Notes: a model not told the origin generated them from the sequence alone. A DNA stretch of 64,000 bases from Bacteroidetes bacterium GWF2_43_63 (GCA_001769275.1 MEOQ01000029.1:19219-83218), one strand, 5' to 3'. Counted from the first letter of the stretch, positions 52,363 to 62,470 are shown. Translations and numbers: made by a program.

Positions 52363-53642
52363 TACTTTGATTTTTCGAGTTGTTTGATCAGTTTTCTGGT
52401 CATCTGACGGATGAAAGGCATAACGTCATCTTCGTTTACCATTGTGAGGCGACCGTTTTCAACCACCAGATGTCCGTTGGAGATAACGTGAGAAATGTGT
52501 TTGCTTTCAATTCCAAAAATCATGTGCATGGCCATGTTGGCGGGAGTGACTTCTTCGGGTGCCGGATAATCGAGTATGATGAGGTTGTTTTCGGCATCTC
52601 CGCAGATTTTGTTTCGCAGAAAATATTCATTGCCCGCTCTCAGACGCTGAATGGCAATAGTCGGATCGATATGATCGAATCCCTGACCGGCCAGGAAAGC
52701 CATTTTGGCGCTTCGCAGCATGTTGCCATGCAATCCATCGGTGCCCAGCATAATGTTTTCACCCATGCCTTCGGAATTGAAGAATCCAACATTGCTGCGG
52801 AGATTGCTTTCCATATTTTCGACCACGAAAACGCCGGTCTTGTTTATCAGTTCAGCTTCTTCGTTGCTCAGATGGATGGCGTGGGCAAGTACTGTTTTGG
52901 TACTTTCAAGAGCACCTGCATCATACAAACGCTCGACAACAGTCACTCCATATTCTTTCAGACTTTGTTCCTGATCGATGGTGCTTTCGGCTACATGAAT
53001 ATGAACGCCGGTTTTATGCTTCGAAGCCATTTCAACCGCATTTTTCAGTGTTGTTGAACCAACGGTAAAACTAGCGTGCAGACCTACGAGACCCGGCTTG
53101 CCCGAAAGCCAGCTGTCGGTATAGTCCAGCCCTTCGTCAGATGCGGAATAACTTTTCCGGTCACTGATTTCGAAACAGGGTAAAAATTGTAAGCCAAGTT
53201 TTTTAAATGCCTTTTCTATGGTTTCGAGTGAACCTTTTATGAAGTTTTGACTCGAATGATGTTCAATCACGCATGTGACGCCATTTTTCAATGATTCCAT
53301 CGCAGAGTAAAGAGCGCAGGCTTCGAGCACATCGGCATCGAGAAACTGATCAATTTTCCAGGCACCGGTTTTCAGTCTGAATTCAAAATCGTCGGTGTTG
53401 GTGAGTTTATGCGTCCTTGTCAGACTAACATAGCTATGATGATGGCCATTGACAAAAGAGTGTGTGACTAGTTTTCCAAAGCAATCTATAATTCTGACGT
53501 CAGTTTGATTTTCAAGCAAATCATTAACATCCGAACTGGTTACAAGCTTTTTTTTACTTTCACCTTCGACTAAGATATTGGTGAACAGTAGTTTATTTTG
53601 CCTGAAATCAAAATAATTTGCGTTTTTAAGAATAATTGACAT
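52362..53642 (-). CDS. amidohydrolase-superfamily protein (chlorohydrolase/aminohydrolase, SsnA-like)
   Basis: 426 aa. Metal ligands FVNGHHHSY, GVHIHVAES, LAHAIHL and LGTDG. Its stop TAA shares one base with the ATG of the downstream C10 gene (TAATG at 52360-52364). Confidence 0.85.
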   Translation of the reverse strand: MSIILKNANYFDFRQNKLLFTNILVEGESKKKLVTSSDVNDLLENQTDVRIIDCFGKLVTHSFVNGHHHSYVSLTRTHKLTNTDDFEFRLKTGAWKIDQFLDADVLEACALYSAMESLKNGVTCVIEHHSSQNFIKGSLETIEKAFKKLGLQFLPCFEISDRKSYSASDEGLDYTDSWLSGKPGLVGLHASFTVGSTTLKNAVEMASKHKTGVHIHVAESTIDQEQSLKEYGVTVVERLYDAGALESTKTVLAHAIHLSNEEAELINKTGVFVVENMESNLRSNVGFFNSEGMGENIMLGTDGLHGNMLRSAKMAFLAGQGFDHIDPTIAIQRLRAGNEYFLRNKICGDAENNLIILDYPAPEEVTPANMAMHMIFGIESKHISHVISNGHLVVENGRLTMVNEDDVMPFIRQMTRKLIKQLEKSK

Positions 53643-53718
53643 TTTTCCTTTTTTAAAAATTTACCTTTGAGGTCCAGAGGCATCAAAGGTTGGTCAAAGA
53701 TAATAAATTATAGTATTT

Positions 53719-56472
53719 ATGAAATCAACGATAGAAGAATTATATAAATTCCTTGACGAAGCCGGCGATAATGATATCCCGGCAATTAAAGTTGTTGAGT
53801 ATCTGGATGCTATGCAGCTCAGGCAATTTGGCAAAAAGCATCATGACCACTATACAGAGTTGCTTGAAGGATTTTCGACATTTAAGGATATCCAAAGTCT
53901 TTCTGATTTTATATCCGGTTTTCTGTATTCGGTTATTGGACAGGAGAATGCTATAACCGTTATTTCGCTCTGTAACAATGAAAACGCTGAGTTTCATACC
54001 GTGTCGATAGCAGGTTGTTCTGATTTGCTTGAAAAAGTCGGAAAACTGACTGAATCAGGCCAATTGTCGCTTGCCATGAAGAACAGTCTGGATGATTTAA
54101 CCCCTATGTTCGAGGATCGCCTGCTGCAGATAGAATCGTTGTACCATTTTGTTCATAAATCCATCCCTGAAGAGGCTTGTCCAGCTGTTGAAGAATACAT
54201 CAATCTTCATTATTACTATGGTTATCCCATCAGTGACGGAAATAAAATCATTGCAACAGTTTCGCTGGCTGTCCCCAATTGTTTATCAGAAGTAAAATTC
54301 ATTGAGCTGGACAGGATGATCCGTTTTGCGAGGCAGTTTTATATTCTGTTATTCAATTTTCAGCAAAGCGACCAGTTGAACCGTCAGATGACTTCGGTTT
54401 TTGACATGACTGATCTGGCATTTGGACTTTTTTCGAGCGATGGACATTTGATAAAAGCAAACAGTTCATTCAATACGTTGTTCAATTCTTTTGACACACC
54501 GCATTTATTTGATCCCGCATTTGTAAAGGTCCTAGGAATAAAAGATGTTTATCAGCTAAAACAAGGTATCGAAGTTCAGATGGATGTTTCGGAGAATGTT
54601 TTCAGAGATTTACCTTCTCTTGCTGAGTATTCGCGTGGGAGAATAGTGCCGGTCAAAGCAACCGATACAACCATAACTTCTTTTATTTTCATTCTTCACT
54701 CCCGAAAGGCAGAGCTTCGGATTCTGGAGACTGTGAAAAAAAATGAACAAAAATATCAACGTATATTCAATTACATTCAGGATGTATATTTCGAAATTAA
54801 ACTGGATGGAACAATTCTCGAGATCAGTCCATCATTATACCACTACACCAATATTAATCCGGTCACTCTGATTGGAACAAACATTCAGTCATTATACCAG
54901 AATCCATCTCAGCGTGATAATTATATACAAGAGATTTTAGCCAAGGGCAGGGTTGATAACTTTGAAATTGACATTCAGTTGCCTGATGGGAAAATATTCA
55001 ACACCATTGTCACCGCATCGCTCGTCGATGCGGGAACTGATTTTGAGCGAATCATTGGTTCCATGGTTGATGTATCGGAACTGAATAAAAAAACGAAAGC
55101 AATTCTTGATAATGAAATCAAGTTCAGATCTCTGTTTGACAATGCTCCGATTGGCTTTATGATATGTGATATTGATGGCGAAATTCTTGAAATGAATCCA
55201 GCTTTTCTGAGTATTTTTCAATTAAAGAGCATTGACAAAAGTAAAGAGACCAATGTTTTAAAAAACGAAACCGCTCAAAAACTTGGTGTCTCTGCGCTTG
55301 CAAAAAGTGTTATTGACACTGGAAAACCTGTGTTTACCGAATCTTTATTCTTGTGTCCGGATGGAGTCGAACGAAGTTTTAAATTGAAGATCAGTACCAT
55401 TCCTGATCAGACCGGTGGATTAAGACATATTCTTTTTATTGCTGAAGACATTACCGACATAAAAGCTAAAGACCTTGCATTGGAAGAGAGTCGTGAGCGT
55501 TTTCTCGATATTTATAACAATACGAGCGATTTGATTTACACAATGGATTTTGAAGGAAATTTCACTTCGGTAAATCCTGTTGCGGAAAAATGGCTTGGAT
55601 ACAGATTCCAGGATCTGAAAAATCGCAACATGCGTGAATATATTTCTCACGATAGTGTTCAACGTGCAATGGAGCAGGTAAGACTTAAGCTGGCACATGC
55701 TTCAAATCACTCCACTTATGAGGTAACTGCTTATACGCGAAACAAGGATAAAATGATCCTTGAGATCAACAGTTTTCTGCGGTACAAGGATGGAAATCCC
55801 ATTGAAGTATTTGGAATTGCGCGCGATATTACTGAGCGCAAGAAGCATGAAGAGTTTATCACATTAGCGCTGCGTGAGCGCGAAAAGTTGATTATGGAAG
55901 TTCACCACAGGATTAAAAACAATCTGCAATTGGTGCTTTCAATGTTGAAAATGTATTCCTACAATCTCGAGGATAAAAAAACGCTTCAGACATTCAGAGA
56001 TATTATTCAGAAAATAATGGCAATTTCTGCAGCGCACGAAGATTTTTATTTCAGTACAGATTTCAAAGAAATTGACTTCGGAAAATATTTGGAGACAGTC
56101 GTAGTGAATTCAATAGAACAATTCGACCATCATAATAAGGTTAAATATAAAATTGAATCAGATGAATTGAAAGCGACAATTGACGAAGTTGTTCCGCTGG
56201 GTCTGATTGTATCCGAACTTCTTTCAAACAGTATCAGACATGGAGTAGACAAAGATGGAACGGTGAACTTATATATTGGTTTACAAAATATCGGCTCAAA
56301 GCATGAATTAATAGTAAAAGATGATGGGCCGGGAATTCCAGCTGAAACATTAAGCAATATTGGACAGTCATTGGGGCTGTCGCTGGTAGCTATGCTTGCC
56401 GAGGATCAGCTGGGTGGTAAGTACCTGGTAGAATCAAATGAAAGCGGAACAATCGTGAAGGTTGAATTCTGA
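53719..56472 (+). CDS. multi-PAS sensor histidine kinase (HisKA_2/HWE-type dimerisation domain + HATPase_c)
   Basis: 917 aa. Several PAS-like modules, phospho-His region EVHHRIKNNLQLVLSML and ATPase motifs ELLSNSIRHG...DDGPGIP...GLSLV. Confidence 0.9.
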   Translation: MKSTIEELYKFLDEAGDNDIPAIKVVEYLDAMQLRQFGKKHHDHYTELLEGFSTFKDIQSLSDFISGFLYSVIGQENAITVISLCNNENAEFHTVSIAGCSDLLEKVGKLTESGQLSLAMKNSLDDLTPMFEDRLLQIESLYHFVHKSIPEEACPAVEEYINLHYYYGYPISDGNKIIATVSLAVPNCLSEVKFIELDRMIRFARQFYILLFNFQQSDQLNRQMTSVFDMTDLAFGLFSSDGHLIKANSSFNTLFNSFDTPHLFDPAFVKVLGIKDVYQLKQGIEVQMDVSENVFRDLPSLAEYSRGRIVPVKATDTTITSFIFILHSRKAELRILETVKKNEQKYQRIFNYIQDVYFEIKLDGTILEISPSLYHYTNINPVTLIGTNIQSLYQNPSQRDNYIQEILAKGRVDNFEIDIQLPDGKIFNTIVTASLVDAGTDFERIIGSMVDVSELNKKTKAILDNEIKFRSLFDNAPIGFMICDIDGEILEMNPAFLSIFQLKSIDKSKETNVLKNETAQKLGVSALAKSVIDTGKPVFTESLFLCPDGVERSFKLKISTIPDQTGGLRHILFIAEDITDIKAKDLALEESRERFLDIYNNTSDLIYTMDFEGNFTSVNPVAEKWLGYRFQDLKNRNMREYISHDSVQRAMEQVRLKLAHASNHSTYEVTAYTRNKDKMILEINSFLRYKDGNPIEVFGIARDITERKKHEEFITLALREREKLIMEVHHRIKNNLQLVLSMLKMYSYNLEDKKTLQTFRDIIQKIMAISAAHEDFYFSTDFKEIDFGKYLETVVVNSIEQFDHHNKVKYKIESDELKATIDEVVPLGLIVSELLSNSIRHGVDKDGTVNLYIGLQNIGSKHELIVKDDGPGIPAETLSNIGQSLGLSLVAMLAEDQLGGKYLVESNESGTIVKVEF

Positions 56473-56473
56473 A

Positions 56474-56839
56474 TTACTTTACGAAACCGCTGCAGGCAGC
56501 AGCACCAAAGGGCAGATCGTTATCATCGGAAAACAAGACTGCATCGCCCTGCACGATTTCGACTTCAACATAGCCTGTATCAGTCGCATTTTTCGCCTGC
56601 AGATAAACGTATGTATCTGGTCTCGCACTGAATTCATAACTCCAGGGAATGGTTCCTGTTGAAAGTCCTGTCAACGTAGTCTCCCCCTTATCGTTTACAT
56701 AGGTTACCAGAATTTCGGCAGCAGTACCATTAACCTTGTAGGCCATCTTTTTTTTGAAGACAACGATTTGGCTTGATTTGTCACATGAGGTCACAAAAAC
56801 AACTGGGAGGAGCAGTAACAGAAAGATGAATTTCTTCAT
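56474..56839 (-). CDS. small hypothetical lipoprotein
   Basis: 121 aa with lipobox MKKFIFLLLLLPVVFVTSC. Beta-rich sequence. Confidence 0.6.
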   Translation of the reverse strand: MKKFIFLLLLLPVVFVTSCDKSSQIVVFKKKMAYKVNGTAAEILVTYVNDKGETTLTGLSTGTIPWSYEFSARPDTYVYLQAKNATDTGYVEVEIVQGDAVLFSDDNDLPFGAAACSGFVK

Positions 56840-56957
56840 TTTAATTCAGTTTAAGTATTTTAAACGTGGCTAAATTAGAAAAGTTTTTTCAAATGGTAAA
56901 AAAAACTTGCATAAAGTTGATTTTCAATTAAAACCCGGCTCCGTCTTTTCTTCACTT

Positions 56958-58427
56958 TCACGGTAGCGGCTCTGTACTTCCTTGCTTATTTCGAACAAAC
57001 CAGACAAAGAAAAGAGCCAGAACCAGAAATGTAATCCCGGCTCCAATACCAATAGACATATTGTATGGAAGTTGAAGGCCTTCAGGTGCGAAGAATATAT
57101 AGGATGAAGCAACCATTGTCATGAACACGGCCGGGATGAACGAAACGAGCCAAAGCTTCTTTTCACCAAGCAGATAAACGGTGATTGCCCAAAGGGTTAT
57201 TGTCGCAAGAGTCTGATTACTCCAGGCCATATAGCGCCAAATGATTCCAAAATCGATTTGAGTAAGAACAAAGCCGCATAAAAAGAGCGGTGAGGCAATG
57301 AGCAACCGATTTGCGATTTTTTTCTGTTTTAAATGGATGAAATCGGCCACAATCAGCCGGGCACTCCGAAAAGCAGTATCTCCCGAGGTGATGGGTGCCG
57401 CCACAACTCCAAGAATCGCAAGGAAAGCACCGAAGCGACCCAGCAATGAGTTGCTGATTTCATTCACTACCCACGCAGCATTCCCGTTTTTTGCAATCAT
57501 CGTGTCGTTCAGTTGTTCAACACCTCCGAAAAACGCCATGGCTGCTGCAGCCCAGATCAGAGCAAGGATTCCTTCCGTAATCATGGCTCCGTAAAATACG
57601 CGCCGGCCATATTTTTCATTTTTTATACACCGGGCCATCAGAGGACTTTGAGTAGCATGAAATCCTGATATAGCGCCACAGGCAATAGAAATGAACATCA
57701 TCGGAAATATGGGCATCGCATCGCCTTTGATGTGCTGATTATATAGATTCCCTGTGAGTTCTGGTAGGTGGAAATTTCCGAACAGAATGGCCCCAATGAT
57801 TGCTGCTGCCATAAACAGTAATGCAAAACCAAATATCGGATAAATGCGCCCGATTAATTTGTCGATCGGAAGCATGGTGGCCAGAAAGTAATAAATAAAC
57901 ACGATTATTGCCCAGAAAGTCAAATCAAATGCTATTGCTGTGTTTCCGATATTCAATACTCCGGGTGTGAGCCCGGCAAGAATTCCGGCAGGCCCCATAA
58001 TGAAGACCGCTCCAACCAGAACCATCAGCATAACGGTGAAGGCGCGCATAAACTGCATGACGGGTTTTCCAAGATATTTTCCAATGATTTCCGGCAGGCT
58101 TAGCCCGTCAAGCCGAACGCTCATCATTCCGGCCATGTAATCGTGAACAGCACCTCCGAAGATAGAACCGAAAACAATCCACAGGAAAGCCGATGGGCCC
58201 CACATGGCTCCGGCTATTGCTCCGAAAATGGGCCCGAGGCCGGCGATATTCAGGAACTGAATAAGAAAAATTTTATACCAGGGCAAGGGAACATAATCCA
58301 CGCCATCTTGTTTTGAAAATGCAGGCGTAGTGCGCGTTTTGTCAACTCCGAAAATCTTTTCCATCAGCAAGCCATAAAACAAATAGCCCGCGATAAGGAT
58401 TCCCACTGAAATGAGAAATGTGTACAT
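56958..58427 (-). CDS. cstA: carbon starvation protein A family transporter
   Basis: 489 aa, polytopic. The N-terminus (MYTFLISVGILIAGYLFYG...) and FLIQFLNIAGLGPIFGAIAGAMWGP match CstA-family patterns. Confidence 0.9.
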   Translation of the reverse strand: MYTFLISVGILIAGYLFYGLLMEKIFGVDKTRTTPAFSKQDGVDYVPLPWYKIFLIQFLNIAGLGPIFGAIAGAMWGPSAFLWIVFGSIFGGAVHDYMAGMMSVRLDGLSLPEIIGKYLGKPVMQFMRAFTVMLMVLVGAVFIMGPAGILAGLTPGVLNIGNTAIAFDLTFWAIIVFIYYFLATMLPIDKLIGRIYPIFGFALLFMAAAIIGAILFGNFHLPELTGNLYNQHIKGDAMPIFPMMFISIACGAISGFHATQSPLMARCIKNEKYGRRVFYGAMITEGILALIWAAAAMAFFGGVEQLNDTMIAKNGNAAWVVNEISNSLLGRFGAFLAILGVVAAPITSGDTAFRSARLIVADFIHLKQKKIANRLLIASPLFLCGFVLTQIDFGIIWRYMAWSNQTLATITLWAITVYLLGEKKLWLVSFIPAVFMTMVASSYIFFAPEGLQLPYNMSIGIGAGITFLVLALFFVWFVRNKQGSTEPLP

Positions 58428-58439
58428 GAAAACCGGTTT

Positions 58440-60671
58440 TTATTTTTTACCCTTTGTTTTCTGTTGATCTTTTTTCCACGCTTCCTTGTCCATCAGATCA
58501 CCCGTTTCTGTGTAATGGCGCCATTTCCCCTGTTTCAACCCTTCTTTGTAATCACCCTCAATCTTTATGGTACCTGAGTCGTAATAAAATTTTGCTTCGC
58601 CATCTGCCTTGCCTTCAGAATATTCAATGCTGGTTTTCGATTCGCCATTGCTGTAATATTCGAGATAGGTGCCATCAATTTCGCCATCCTCAAATTCAGC
58701 CTGAGCCTTTGTTCTGCTTTCTTCTTCGTCGTAATACAACATCCCTTTGCCGGTTGGCTCACCGTCTTCGAACATCAAACTTCCCCAAATATCTCCGCTT
58801 TCGTAGTAATAGCGCCACATCCCTTCGCGATTTTTATCAATAATCCGACCTTCAGCTTTCACCTGAGTGCTATCGTCTTCGTAGTATATTTTGCAGGTTT
58901 TACCTTCTTCATATTCCTCCGGCAGTTCAATGTCGAGCAGGGAATCAAATTCGCTGACATACAAATCTTCGGCGCTGTTTTCAATTTCTTCGAGCGCTGC
59001 ATCAAACAATGCATCGGTACTATGTTCGACAATAAGCATGTTGCTGAACAAGCCTTTTTTCTCGCTCACCAATTGAAATCCAATTTTGTAAAACGAAGCC
59101 AGAATTTCTCTGCTTTCGCGGATATTGGCTTTCTGATCTTTTTTCGCGTAATAATAGAGATGACTGTAGATTTTGGGTCCCTGCAGGAAAACGGACACAT
59201 TGGCTTCGTCGTCGAACTGTTCGTAAAAATTCATAAAATCCTCATCATTGGCCAAAATCCGGCCTTTCTCATACGAGTCAATCATGTCCATCAGACAGCT
59301 TGGAGAATTGCTGAATACAACAAAATCATCCATGTAAATAAAGTAGGGCTTGTCGAGTTTTGCAAACATTTTTCCGAAAAACATTTTGAAAAAACCGTTC
59401 ATTCCGAAATAATGAATTTTGAAATTTTTATATTCAGAATCAGCAATCTTAATCGGAGTGCGGTTTTTTACCTTCTTCACGATTTTCTCCATGCCTGCCA
59501 TCGCCAGTTCAATGTCTTTGGTATGCAAAACTGCAATCATATCATTTTCGCGCGCGTTGGGGGTGGGAGGGAGCTTCAACATGGCTATTTCATTACCAAT
59601 CCAGGAGAAAAAGTCTTCTTCGAGACTGATGCCAAACAGCTTCTCCATTTTTTTCAATGACTTTTCATACGATTCTGCTCCGGCTGAATCTTTGAAAGTA
59701 AACTCAGCTTTGAGATTATTGAAAAGGTCCATGTAGTCGGCAAATGAAATAGAAAGATACAAGGCATAGTCGGAAGGAATAATTCTGTAAGCCTGCATTG
59801 GTCCACGTTCAATACCACTCAGCATGTGCATGTAGCTTTCGGTCGAATCTTTCAGAATGGTGCTGCCGCTGAAACTGAGTCGTTCGCTTTCCAGATTGAT
59901 GTTGAATGCTGAATAGCCGAAAATGCGCTTTAGCTCACCCAGCAGTTCCTGTTCATCTGAAAGGTAATAACCAATGTAGGGTGCAAGAAAATTATAACTG
60001 GCATAGAAGCGAAAAAGATTGTTGCCTGACGTAGAACTCACGACAGTCTGAAAAGCAGCATCGTTTTTCCAGAGATCCGGCGTTTTTGCGGTGGTGATGG
60101 AATTCTGCACCAGACTTTTGTTATATGAAGCCATAAAAACATTGTCGATGACCGAAACATAAAAAACTTCATCGCTGGTTTTATCGTCAATGATGAGAAT
60201 GTCGGTGTCTTCAAATTTTTCGCGCGACATTTCATAGCCAAAGTTCTCAACAATTCCACCGACATAATCTTTGATGAATGCAAATTTACCAGCCTGCTTC
60301 AGATCGACCAGAAACAGAAAATCGAAATCCTGATTTGGAAGAAGATGACAGCTAACGAGCAACGGCCGGTCGGTAAAAAGCATGTCCATGGTTTCGTCGC
60401 CTTTGATAAGAGAGTCGAGGGTGCCGGCGCTTTCCGAAATATCTTCAAATAAAGGATCTGTAATCAGATGCTGCCACATTTTGCTTTCAGTCAGCGTTGT
60501 CCAGCCTTTAGTCAGGTTATCAGTTTCAATGATATAAACGGCGTCACGCGGCACATAATTCCAGATGGCGCGCATGGGGCTGGTTTTGAAATAAAAATAG
60601 GCAGCTGTTCCACCAAGACCCAGAACGATTACTGCAAGCGAGATTAGAAATATTTTGCGTGACTTTTTCAT
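58440..60671 (-). CDS. membrane-anchored protein with C-terminal MORN-variant (YwqK-like) repeats
   Basis: 743 aa. N-terminal TM segment KIFLISLAVIVLGLGGTAAYFYF and a large uncharacterised middle region. C-terminal G..EG.W..YY.SG repeats: EGMWRYYYESGD, GKGMLYYDEE, DGTYLEYYSNGE, DGEAKFYYDSGT, QGKWRHYTETGD. Confidence 0.7.
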   Translation of the reverse strand: MKKSRKIFLISLAVIVLGLGGTAAYFYFKTSPMRAIWNYVPRDAVYIIETDNLTKGWTTLTESKMWQHLITDPLFEDISESAGTLDSLIKGDETMDMLFTDRPLLVSCHLLPNQDFDFLFLVDLKQAGKFAFIKDYVGGIVENFGYEMSREKFEDTDILIIDDKTSDEVFYVSVIDNVFMASYNKSLVQNSITTAKTPDLWKNDAAFQTVVSSTSGNNLFRFYASYNFLAPYIGYYLSDEQELLGELKRIFGYSAFNINLESERLSFSGSTILKDSTESYMHMLSGIERGPMQAYRIIPSDYALYLSISFADYMDLFNNLKAEFTFKDSAGAESYEKSLKKMEKLFGISLEEDFFSWIGNEIAMLKLPPTPNARENDMIAVLHTKDIELAMAGMEKIVKKVKNRTPIKIADSEYKNFKIHYFGMNGFFKMFFGKMFAKLDKPYFIYMDDFVVFSNSPSCLMDMIDSYEKGRILANDEDFMNFYEQFDDEANVSVFLQGPKIYSHLYYYAKKDQKANIRESREILASFYKIGFQLVSEKKGLFSNMLIVEHSTDALFDAALEEIENSAEDLYVSEFDSLLDIELPEEYEEGKTCKIYYEDDSTQVKAEGRIIDKNREGMWRYYYESGDIWGSLMFEDGEPTGKGMLYYDEEESRTKAQAEFEDGEIDGTYLEYYSNGESKTSIEYSEGKADGEAKFYYDSGTIKIEGDYKEGLKQGKWRHYTETGDLMDKEAWKKDQQKTKGKK

Positions 60672-60689
60672 AGCCGGATTTTAGTTAAG

Positions 60690-60697
60690 CAAACCTA
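60690..60697 (-). promoter_or_regulatory. -7 box TAGGTTTG upstream of the MORN-repeat protein gene
   Basis: CAAACCTA on the plus strand, 18 nt upstream of ATG 60671. Confidence 0.45.
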
Positions 60698-60848
60698 CGG
60701 TTTTTTCGTAAGATGTGCAAAGGAATGGGCCGAAAATATTTGTACGGCCTGGATCGCTTTGCTGGAGGCAGTATTAAAACAAGCCAGGCAATCCAACATT
60801 CAATAGTTCGAAGTGTCAAACCCCAGCAAGATACTTCTCACAGTAAAA

Positions 60849-61361
60849 TTAAACGCTGAACATATCCGCAAAAATCTTTTGCATGGTGCTGAAATCTTTA
60901 TCGGAAAATGCGACAAGAAATACATCCGGAGCACCTGGGTTTTCGCGTATAAAAGTGTCGATGGTGCTCATGGCAATTCTCGTGGCTGTGTCAAATGGAA
61001 ATCCATACACGCCGGTGCTGATCGAAGGGAAGGCGATGGTGCGGATTTCGTTTTTCAAGGCCAGTTTCATCGAATTGAAATAACACAATCGCAACAATTC
61101 CGGCTCGTTGTGAACGCCTCCCCGCCAAACGGGACCCGGAGTATGAATGACATACTTTGCGTGTAATCGGAATCCGGGTGTAATCTTGGCTTCGCCGGTC
61201 TGAGCGCCGTTCAGTTTTTTGCAGAACTCGAGCAATTGCGGTCCCGCCGCACGATGGATAGCACCATCAACTCCGCCGCCTCCCAGCAAAGTTGTATTAG
61301 CCGCATTTACAATGCATTCCACCTGTTGTTGAGTAATATCTCCTTTAACAATTTCCATCAT
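60849..61361 (-). CDS. macro-domain protein (O-acetyl-ADP-ribose deacetylase / ADP-ribose-binding, YmdB-like)
   Basis: 170 aa. GDITQQQVECIVNAANTTLLGGGGVDGAIHRAAG and ISTGVYGFP are the macro-domain core. Confidence 0.9.
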   Translation of the reverse strand: MMEIVKGDITQQQVECIVNAANTTLLGGGGVDGAIHRAAGPQLLEFCKKLNGAQTGEAKITPGFRLHAKYVIHTPGPVWRGGVHNEPELLRLCYFNSMKLALKNEIRTIAFPSISTGVYGFPFDTATRIAMSTIDTFIRENPGAPDVFLVAFSDKDFSTMQKIFADMFSV

Positions 61362-61444
61362 TTTATTAGTTGTTAAAAGTGTGTTATCGGTTGGGAAAAT
61401 GACAAAATGCAGTATTAAAATTGTAAATATAAGTAGAATTCATT

Positions 61445-61452
61445 TACATTTG
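61445..61452 (+). promoter_or_regulatory. -7 box TACATTTG upstream of the NYN-CSD gene
   Basis: 31 nt upstream of ATG 61484. Confidence 0.45.
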
Positions 61453-61483
61453 CACTCCAATAAATTATTAAATAATAATTACT

Positions 61484-62410
61484 ATGAATCAGGATCGTAA
61501 GACAAATTTAGCACGAATTGGGGTATTCTATGACGGAAATTATTTTCTCCATGTTAGCAATTACTACAATTACGTGCATTCTCGTCAGAGTCGAATTAGT
61601 ATCAGTGGGCTCCACACTTTCATACGCCAATATGTTGGTCAGGAAGAAGGCATGGATCCACAGTATTGCCAAATAGTCGACGCTCATTATTTCCGCAGTC
61701 GCCCGGGCGCTAAGGAAGCCAGTATGAAAGGCAATCAACTTTATTTCGATCGTCTTTTCGACGACATACTCATGTCGGAAGGAATTACAACTCATTATTT
61801 CCCTGTACGAACCGTTCAGGGTGTAAAAATGGAAAAAGGAATCGATGTTTGGCTTGCCCTCGATGCCTATGATCTCAACATTGCACACAAGTTCGACGTG
61901 ATGGTTTTAATTGCCAGCGATGGTGATTATGTGCCATTGGTCAGAAAAGTGAATGCGCTTGGCACCAAAGTCATGCTTGTCAGCTGGGATTTTGAATTCG
62001 TTGATGACTTCGGTCAGCAAAAAATGACCCGCACATCGCAGGATCTGCTCCGCGAAGTCACTTATCCGGTGGCTATGCATGATCTCATCGAAGACCCGGA
62101 CTTTACAGGTAATCCAACCATCAACGGATTGTTTGTCCCCAGGTCGGAGAAGAAGGATTTTGATCTTTTTGAGTCCGAAGAGTTTATCGAATTGCAGGGC
62201 GATGGTATTGAAAGAACATCATCAATTCTTTCACTCAAAAACGGATATGGTTTTATTAAGTATCCGCCCAACAATCTTTTCTTCCATTTTCACACATTGG
62301 TAGAAACTGACATGACAGAGCTCAAACCGGGCGATGAGGTCATGTTCGAAATTGCCAAGAATGAAAAAGGTGAAGATGTGGCCGTGAAAGTTAAACTGCT
62401 TAAAGATTAA
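61484..62410 (+). CDS. NYN (LabA-like PIN-fold) domain protein with C-terminal cold-shock-like domain
   Basis: 308 aa. KGIDVWLALDA...VLIASDGDYVPLVRKV is the NYN core. The C-terminal KNGYGFIKYPPNNLFFHFHTL...GDEVMFEI...VAVKVKLL is CSD/S1-like. Confidence 0.8.
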   Translation: MNQDRKTNLARIGVFYDGNYFLHVSNYYNYVHSRQSRISISGLHTFIRQYVGQEEGMDPQYCQIVDAHYFRSRPGAKEASMKGNQLYFDRLFDDILMSEGITTHYFPVRTVQGVKMEKGIDVWLALDAYDLNIAHKFDVMVLIASDGDYVPLVRKVNALGTKVMLVSWDFEFVDDFGQQKMTRTSQDLLREVTYPVAMHDLIEDPDFTGNPTINGLFVPRSEKKDFDLFESEEFIELQGDGIERTSSILSLKNGYGFIKYPPNNLFFHFHTLVETDMTELKPGDEVMFEIAKNEKGEDVAVKVKLLKD

Positions 62411-62428
62411 TTTTTTTTAATCATTCCG

Positions 62429-62464
62429 AAACTCTGTCTGCGTAATTGCGGGCAGAGTTTTTTT
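62429..62464 (+). terminator. intrinsic terminator after the NYN-CSD gene
   Basis: AAACTCTGTCTGC-GTAATT-GCGGGCAGAGTTT forms a 13-bp stem (two G-U pairs) followed by a T7 run. Confidence 0.8.
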
Positions 62465-62470
62465 GTTTAG

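Noticed and set aside
52380-53057. 225-aa plus-strand ORF inside the amidohydrolase gene
   Set aside because: Shadow ORF. The minus-strand frame carries the full set of amidohydrolase metal-ligand motifs.
59022-59660. 212-aa plus-strand ORF inside the MORN-repeat protein gene
   Set aside because: It is antisense to a 743-aa ORF and has no motifs or start context.
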